In this document: positions 58,903 to 64,000 of the stretch, in pieces
How the letters are laid out: each line of letters opens with the position of its first letter
How positions within the stretch are numbered: position 1 is the first letter of the stretch
The notes under the pieces: generated by a model
What the model was told of the DNA's origin: nothing
The model's input: only the letters and a program-made list of their open reading frames with translations
Databases searched by the model: none
Program-made: the position numbers and the translations under genes
Assembly (NCBI GenBank): GCA_964404025.1
Contig: CAYOIJ010000001.1
Coordinates: 22,685 to 86,684 of the forward strand
DNA length: 64,000 nucleotides
Source of the DNA: an uncultured Pseudomonadales bacterium
GTDB taxonomy: Bacteria; Patescibacteriota; Microgenomatia; UBA1400; PJMF01
Reading direction: 5' to 3'

Positions 58903-60219
58903 CTAGTTGGAGATTAAAGCATCAATTCCGGGCAACTCTTTACCACTCAAAAACTCTAAGGCAGCTCCGCCAGCAGTAGATATATGGGTAAATTGTTCGT
59001 GTAATCCTGTTCGATTAATAACACTATTGCTTTCTCCACCACCTACTAGTGAAATGGCGCCTTTTTGAGTGGCGCGCGCAATTGCGCGCGCTACCTCTCG
59101 ACTACCACGAGCAAATGTGGGATTTTCAAATACTCCCATGGGACCATTCCAAACAATGGTTTTTGCTTCTTGTAAGATATATCGATAAAGCCTGATAGTT
59201 TCTGGACCAATATCCAAATATTTAATGTCGCGATCGTTATCTGTGTCTGCAACATCTGATAATAAACTAATCTTTTCACTTGTTTTAGTTTCAGCATCTT
59301 TAGCTGCTAGCACATCAATTGGTAAAATAATTTTAGGAAGAGGTAGATTTTTGCGGTCTTTACCAAGATCCTCAAACAAAACTCGTTCTGTGGCGTGTTC
59401 AATCAGTATTTCTTTTGCCATATTCATGATTTTTTCTACTTCTTCTGCTTCTTTTTTTTCATCTGCACCAATAAAAGATCGATGTGTTTCAATTCCACCA
59501 GCCCTGAGCATGGCATTGGCAATTCCGCCTCCCACCAAAACCACATCTGCTAGGCGAGATAAATTTTGCATAGTAGTTACTTTATCGGAAATTTTTGCAC
59601 CACCCATTACTAAAACTAAAGGGCGTTTAATATTTTCTAAAGCTTTATTGAAGTGTTCAACTTCTCGTTTAAAATTAAAACCAGCAAAGCTAGGTAAACG
59701 TTTGGCTAAGCCAACTACGCTGGCATGTTCTCGATGGCTAGCGCTAAAAGCTTCATTAATAAAAATGTTTGCCCCACTATCTTTGATTAATTGTTTAGTG
59801 AAATTGAGATTATTTGCTTCTTCTCCAGGATAGAAACGCAAGTTTTCTAATAGTAGAGCTTGACCACCAATCAATTTTTTTGTTTTTTCTGCAACTTTTA
59901 TTCCAACACAATCGTCAACGAACTCAACGGGTAAATCTAAATTATTTTTCAAAAATTTGGCCACTGGTAACAAGCTCAAGTCGTGGTTTTTTTTACCTTT
60001 AGCTCTGCCAAGATGTGAGATTAAAATTACTTTTGCTTTGTGATCGAGTAAAAAATTAATAGTTTCCAGTGCGCTACTAATTCTGTCATTATCAGCCACC
60101 CTCCAAACTGCACTTTTACCTCCAGCTTTACCAGCAACTAATTTTAGGGGAACGTTGAAGTCGACTCTTACCAAAACTCTTTTATTTTTAATGTCTTTAG
60201 TTTTAGGGCAGTTAATCAT
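58903..60219 (-). CDS. pgk: phosphoglycerate kinase
   Basis: RVDFNVP, SHLGR, LENLRF, GGAKISDK, WNGPMGVFE, ISTAGGA. Confidence 0.98.
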   Translation of the reverse strand: MINCPKTKDIKNKRVLVRVDFNVPLKLVAGKAGGKSAVWRVADNDRISSALETINFLLDHKAKVILISHLGRAKGKKNHDLSLLPVAKFLKNNLDLPVEFVDDCVGIKVAEKTKKLIGGQALLLENLRFYPGEEANNLNFTKQLIKDSGANIFINEAFSASHREHASVVGLAKRLPSFAGFNFKREVEHFNKALENIKRPLVLVMGGAKISDKVTTMQNLSRLADVVLVGGGIANAMLRAGGIETHRSFIGADEKKEAEEVEKIMNMAKEILIEHATERVLFEDLGKDRKNLPLPKIILPIDVLAAKDAETKTSEKISLLSDVADTDNDRDIKYLDIGPETIRLYRYILQEAKTIVWNGPMGVFENPTFARGSREVARAIARATQKGAISLVGGGESNSVINRTGLHEQFTHISTAGGAALEFLSGKELPGIDALISN

Positions 60220-60307
60220 AGCTTCTATTTTGCCATCTTTTTCTAGAGGAAACAACTAGATACTTGTGTTACAATACACAGATCAAAAAGAAAGGAACTA
60301 TTTTGAT

Positions 60308-61417
60308 ATGGCTAAGAGTATAAAAAAAATGAGTATGGAGGAGCTTTTAAAAGCTAATGCTGATAAATTAGTTGTCCCTCACAAAGGTGACACAATAACT
60401 GGTGTTATCGTTGAAAAAAATAAGAAAAATTTAGTTATTGATTTAGGATCTAAAACAGAAGCTTATGTGGCTGACAAAGAATTTGAGTTTGCTAGTGATT
60501 TTATTGATGACTTAAAAGTTGGTGATGAAATTAAAGCAATTGTTGTTTCTACTGATTATGAAAATGGTCAAGTGCTTTTATCTCTGAAAGGAGCAGCTTC
60601 TGACGCTAAGTGGGAATATTTTGAGGAAGCGCTTGATAAAGATCAAAGTATAGAAGCCAAAGGAGTAGAGTTGAATCGTGGTGGATTAATTGTTTTGGTT
60701 AATGGAGTGCGAGGTTTTGTACCTTCTAGTCAATTTGGACGTCAATACATGGGTAAAATTGCCTCCCTTAAAGGAGAAACGTTTAAAGTTAAGGCTATTG
60801 AGGTTGATCGAGAAAAAAATCGTTTAATTTTTTCTGAGCGTCACGTAAGTGAGGCCAAAGAACTAGCTCAAAAAGATTTGGCAGTTGAAAGTGTCAAAGA
60901 AGGTGAAGTCTATGAGGGAGTAGTTTCCGGAGTTATGCATTTTGGCTTGTTTGTTACGGTAGAGGTGCCCGTTAAAGATGAGGACGATAAGGACAGTACT
61001 GGTTACATTGAAGGCCTAATTCATATTTCTGAAATTTCATGGGAAAAAGTTAATCATCCTAGAGATTACCATAAAGTTGGTGACAGAATTAAAGTCAAAG
61101 TTTTAGGCATTGATGAGCGAACCAATAAACTAAATTTATCTATTAAGCAATTAGAGGAAGATCCTTGGACCACTTTAGAATCACGTTATGCGGCTAGTAC
61201 TACCTTTACCGGTAAGGTTACTCGTATTGAACCATTTGGAGTCTTTGTTAATGTGGAAAAGGGTGTTGATGGTTTAATTCACTCTACCAAGCTAGATCCA
61301 AGTAAGGAGCTCAAAGTTGGTGACGAAGTGACAGTTAACGTAGAAAATGTAGTTCCAGAACAACGTCGGATGAGCTTATCCATTGTTCAGACAGATTTGC
61401 CAGTTGCTTATAAGTAA
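60308..61417 (+). CDS. rpsA: 30S ribosomal protein S1 (four S1 domains)
   Basis: GFVPSSQ, FGLFV, GLIHISEISW, FGVFV; TGTTACAAT promoter and AAGGA upstream. Confidence 0.93.
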   Translation: MAKSIKKMSMEELLKANADKLVVPHKGDTITGVIVEKNKKNLVIDLGSKTEAYVADKEFEFASDFIDDLKVGDEIKAIVVSTDYENGQVLLSLKGAASDAKWEYFEEALDKDQSIEAKGVELNRGGLIVLVNGVRGFVPSSQFGRQYMGKIASLKGETFKVKAIEVDREKNRLIFSERHVSEAKELAQKDLAVESVKEGEVYEGVVSGVMHFGLFVTVEVPVKDEDDKDSTGYIEGLIHISEISWEKVNHPRDYHKVGDRIKVKVLGIDERTNKLNLSIKQLEEDPWTTLESRYAASTTFTGKVTRIEPFGVFVNVEKGVDGLIHSTKLDPSKELKVGDEVTVNVENVVPEQRRMSLSIVQTDLPVAYK

Positions 61418-61540
61418 ATTTTAGTAATTTCTTAATTGTTAAAACTAGCAGAATATATAGTTGAAAAATACCCTATATTTCAGTAAAAAAATAGTCTTTA
61501 AACTAGATTTTTTTCTCGACTAATGCTATAATGAGGGTCT

Positions 61541-61693
61541 ATGGCGAAACAAAGAATGATCGTTACTGACGACCAATTATTAATCGATATGGAATTGTTG
61601 TTTAATGCAATTCGAGAAGTTGATGGTGATTGGGAACAGGTGGAAAAAGAAATGAATCAATACTTGGCCGCTGTGCAAGCTATGGCCGAGTAG
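61541..61693 (+). CDS. 50-aa acidic small protein (missing from ORF track)
   Basis: MAKQRMIVTDDQLLIDMELLFNAIREVDGDWEQVEKEMNQYLAAVQAMAE; TGCTATAAT 61524-32 lies 8 nt upstream. Confidence 0.7.
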   Translation: MAKQRMIVTDDQLLIDMELLFNAIREVDGDWEQVEKEMNQYLAAVQAMAE

Positions 61694-61711
61694 TTAATAA
61701 AAAAAGGTTTC

Positions 61712-62401
61712 ATGAGCAAAAGTAATCAAACAGCTCAGTCTGCAGACTATCAATCAGTACCTTTGGTGATTGCAGATGGTGATGAGGGGGTACAACTCAA
61801 TCATGGTCGCCGTTTTGCTTTTTTGGGCTCTGGCTTTCGCTTACCACATTTTTCTCAAGTAATTGAGGTTTTACAAAAAACAATTATTGAGAATTTCCCA
61901 AAAGAACAGTTAAACAAGAAATTGAAAATTGCTGCTAGTGAAGAAAATGCTTGGTTTAAACAAGAACTTAAACTCAATGATTGGGATGAAACTAATGCTA
62001 GTGCTCAACAGCACCTAGCTGCTTTAGCTGATAAATTAAAACTCAAATATGTAGGAATTTTGCCTTTTGCCGATCCTAAAGAATTAGAAGCAGAAGTCAA
62101 AGGACACATGGTTCGTCCTCACAACATGCATCTAGCCAATAAAGCTTGTTTTACAGTTGCTGGGGGAGAAGAAGTTTATAATTTAGGACAATATTTAATA
62201 AGTGCCGATTGGCTAGCTGATTTTACCAATAGTGGTAAGAAAAATATGTCTCAAGCTAAAGAGTTATTGCGAAGTCAATTAGATTTTTATCAAAACCTAG
62301 CGGGAGAAACTAAACTAGAAATTATTATTGAAGAACAGGGGTTGTTTAGTGAAGAATTAGTTAAAAAGAATCATCAAGTTTTAGATAAAATTTTAGCTTA
62401 G
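61712..62401 (+). CDS. hypothetical protein
   Basis: 229-aa ORF, AAAGG upstream, KGHMVRP motif. Confidence 0.75.
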   Translation: MSKSNQTAQSADYQSVPLVIADGDEGVQLNHGRRFAFLGSGFRLPHFSQVIEVLQKTIIENFPKEQLNKKLKIAASEENAWFKQELKLNDWDETNASAQQHLAALADKLKLKYVGILPFADPKELEAEVKGHMVRPHNMHLANKACFTVAGGEEVYNLGQYLISADWLADFTNSGKKNMSQAKELLRSQLDFYQNLAGETKLEIIIEEQGLFSEELVKKNHQVLDKILA

Positions 62402-62432
62402 TTTAATTCAATTTAGGTTTATCAAATTTTTT

Positions 62433-62846
62433 ATGTCTGTTAAAAAACATAAAAGTCAAAAACAAGTTGAAAAGACTAGAATTGTTGAACAAACTCTATT
62501 TGACAATTTCCAAAAAAGTGAAAAGCTTGAATCAAAACAGCAACAGAGCGTTAAAAACGAGGGTTTTAGTGCTGTGGCTGAATTATTAACAAAACACTCA
62601 ATTAAACAAAATAATAAATATATTAGTCGGGAATTTCAGGCTTTTGGTTGTCATATGGCCACAGTTTTAGGGGATCAAGCTCATACCTCACTTTATATTA
62701 AACTAGCCAAAACTTATCCACGTGCCCTATTAGAACAAGCCCTGTCTTTTGTTAGTGATGCTGAAAATGCTAAAAGTAAGGCTAAGTTGTTTATGTGGAA
62801 GTTGGATTTATTGAAAAAAGCTAAAGATAAAAAGCCGAAAAACTAA
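62433..62846 (+). CDS. conserved hypothetical helical protein
   Basis: EFQ..G...A..L.D..H.SLYIKLAK...AL.FV.DA.......LFMWKL. Confidence 0.75.
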   Translation: MSVKKHKSQKQVEKTRIVEQTLFDNFQKSEKLESKQQQSVKNEGFSAVAELLTKHSIKQNNKYISREFQAFGCHMATVLGDQAHTSLYIKLAKTYPRALLEQALSFVSDAENAKSKAKLFMWKLDLLKKAKDKKPKN

Positions 62847-62877
62847 AAAAGACAATTTTCATTTCTAATGTAATAAT

Positions 62878-63999
62878 TTATTCGATCGTATTGAGTTCAA
62901 TTTTTAAGACCAAATCTTCTTTAAAGGAAGGTGATTGAAGAAAATGGCGACCAGAGCTTAATTGTTGATCACTAACTACTTCACCAGTTTTGGGATTTAG
63001 CCATTGTAAGTCTCCGTTCTGTTCAAGATTGATTTCAAAAGTAAAACTTGTTTCGAAACCATTGTGAGCAAAATGGTAGGCGTAAGCGATCCACTCTCTT
63101 TCTGAAGTAAGGGTATAAATTCTAGTATCATTTGTTTTTAGATTAGTAATGAAAGATTTTTTTTCCAATTGTGAACTAAGTTTTTTGGTAAAATCAGAAA
63201 TGATTTTCATATATTGTCTTTCTTCTACTCCAATATATTGATTAGCATTGTTAAAAGCTTCATTGTAAAAATCTTTGGAATGACTTGAGTTCCAAAAGAT
63301 TAAACTAGCACCATTAAACAAAGAGGTCCAAGCTCTGACACGCATAATTAAAGCTGAATCTTCATTCCAGTTTTTTGTACCATTACCAATTTCTCCAAAA
63401 ATAATAGGTTTTTGATATTCTTCAAACTTATTGATTTCTCTCAAAATCTCTGTATCAGCGATTATAGGCAGACTGGTTGAATACCAATGAGGAGAAATAA
63501 TATCAACTTCTTCTAGTTGTGGTTTTTCCCAACTAATACTTAAAGGTTTGTTTGGTTCAAGAGTTTTTAATTTGTTCAGGTATTGAGTGGCGGTTTTGTC
63601 ATCTAGTACTCCTTCGTTAGTTAATTCCCAAACAGATGTATAAGCTCCATAACGAGCTACCATGTATTCTAAATAATGATTAATAGCAAGTTCTCCTTGA
63701 GGACTTTGTGGATCACCAGGTAGTCCCCAGGCAAACAAGGTTAAATATATCTGAACATCTCTTTGATAGAGGTTCTCTAACAGAGAGTCGGCCAGCTTAG
63801 AATTTGCAATAGAATAATCATTCTCTGGATACTTAATGTTTCCGGCAATAAAAAACTGGTAGTTTCCTGGACTCCAACGAAAAGTGTTGAATCCGCTTTC
63901 CTCATAATAAACATCTAAGTATTCTTCAAGATCAACTATTTTATTTTCTTGTTCTTCGCCTATGTAAAAATCATCAAAATAATTGCTATTGTAGTTAAA
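62878..63999 (-). CDS. clan GH-A (GH5-like/DUF4038-type) glycoside hydrolase, 5'-truncated
   Basis: Frame open to window edge; GFNTFRW, ARYGA...WEL.NE, HWY, KPIIFGE, C-terminal W.NP.TG. Confidence 0.75.
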   Translation of the reverse strand, partial: FNYNSNYFDDFYIGEEQENKIVDLEEYLDVYYEESGFNTFRWSPGNYQFFIAGNIKYPENDYSIANSKLADSLLENLYQRDVQIYLTLFAWGLPGDPQSPQGELAINHYLEYMVARYGAYTSVWELTNEGVLDDKTATQYLNKLKTLEPNKPLSISWEKPQLEEVDIISPHWYSTSLPIIADTEILREINKFEEYQKPIIFGEIGNGTKNWNEDSALIMRVRAWTSLFNGASLIFWNSSHSKDFYNEAFNNANQYIGVEERQYMKIISDFTKKLSSQLEKKSFITNLKTNDTRIYTLTSEREWIAYAYHFAHNGFETSFTFEINLEQNGDLQWLNPKTGEVVSDQQLSSGRHFLQSPSFKEDLVLKIELNTIE

Positions 64000-64000
64000 A

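Noticed and set aside
59225-59833. 202-aa plus-strand ORF
   Set aside because: Antisense shadow of pgk
1-64000. Alternative genetic code (UGA=Gly), prophage, IS elements, rRNA
   Set aside because: Conserved genes such as uppS and yidC end properly at TGA, and no phage, transposase or rRNA signatures were seen

Overview
AT-rich bacterial chromosome segment spanning the replication origin. Gene content (PrgI/VirB4-like genes, multiple TrbC/VirB2-like pilins, DUF4012 protein, ATP-dependent ligase, Pro/Thr-rich surface proteins) points to a Patescibacteria/CPR genome, probably Microgenomates; this taxonomy is inferred. TGA is used as a stop. Order: T4SS-like PrgI/VirB4 genes, dnaA, oriC (DnaA boxes plus DnaA-trios), dnaN, rpmH, rnpA, yidD, yidC, jag, rnhA, DUF4012, rplY, valS, idi, uppS, seven tandem VirB2/TrbC-like pilins facing an ECF sigma operon, recF, nnrD, Fic, DNA ligase, lipid glycosyltransferase, pth, MFS, an isoprenoid module (polyprenyl synthase, Zn-ribbon/Nudix-like fusion, isopentenyl phosphate kinase), tRNA-Ile(UAU), three Cys/Pro/Thr-rich surface proteins, a ~21 kb surface-glycan locus, pgk, rpsA, three unknown genes and a partial glycoside hydrolase. 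Best leads: the seven-pilin array with one pilin carrying high-expression signals, the Zn-ribbon-Nudix/IPK pair, tRNA-Ile(UAU), frequent leaderless gene architecture, and the modular surface-protein trio. All calls come from reading motifs by eye; no database searches were run.
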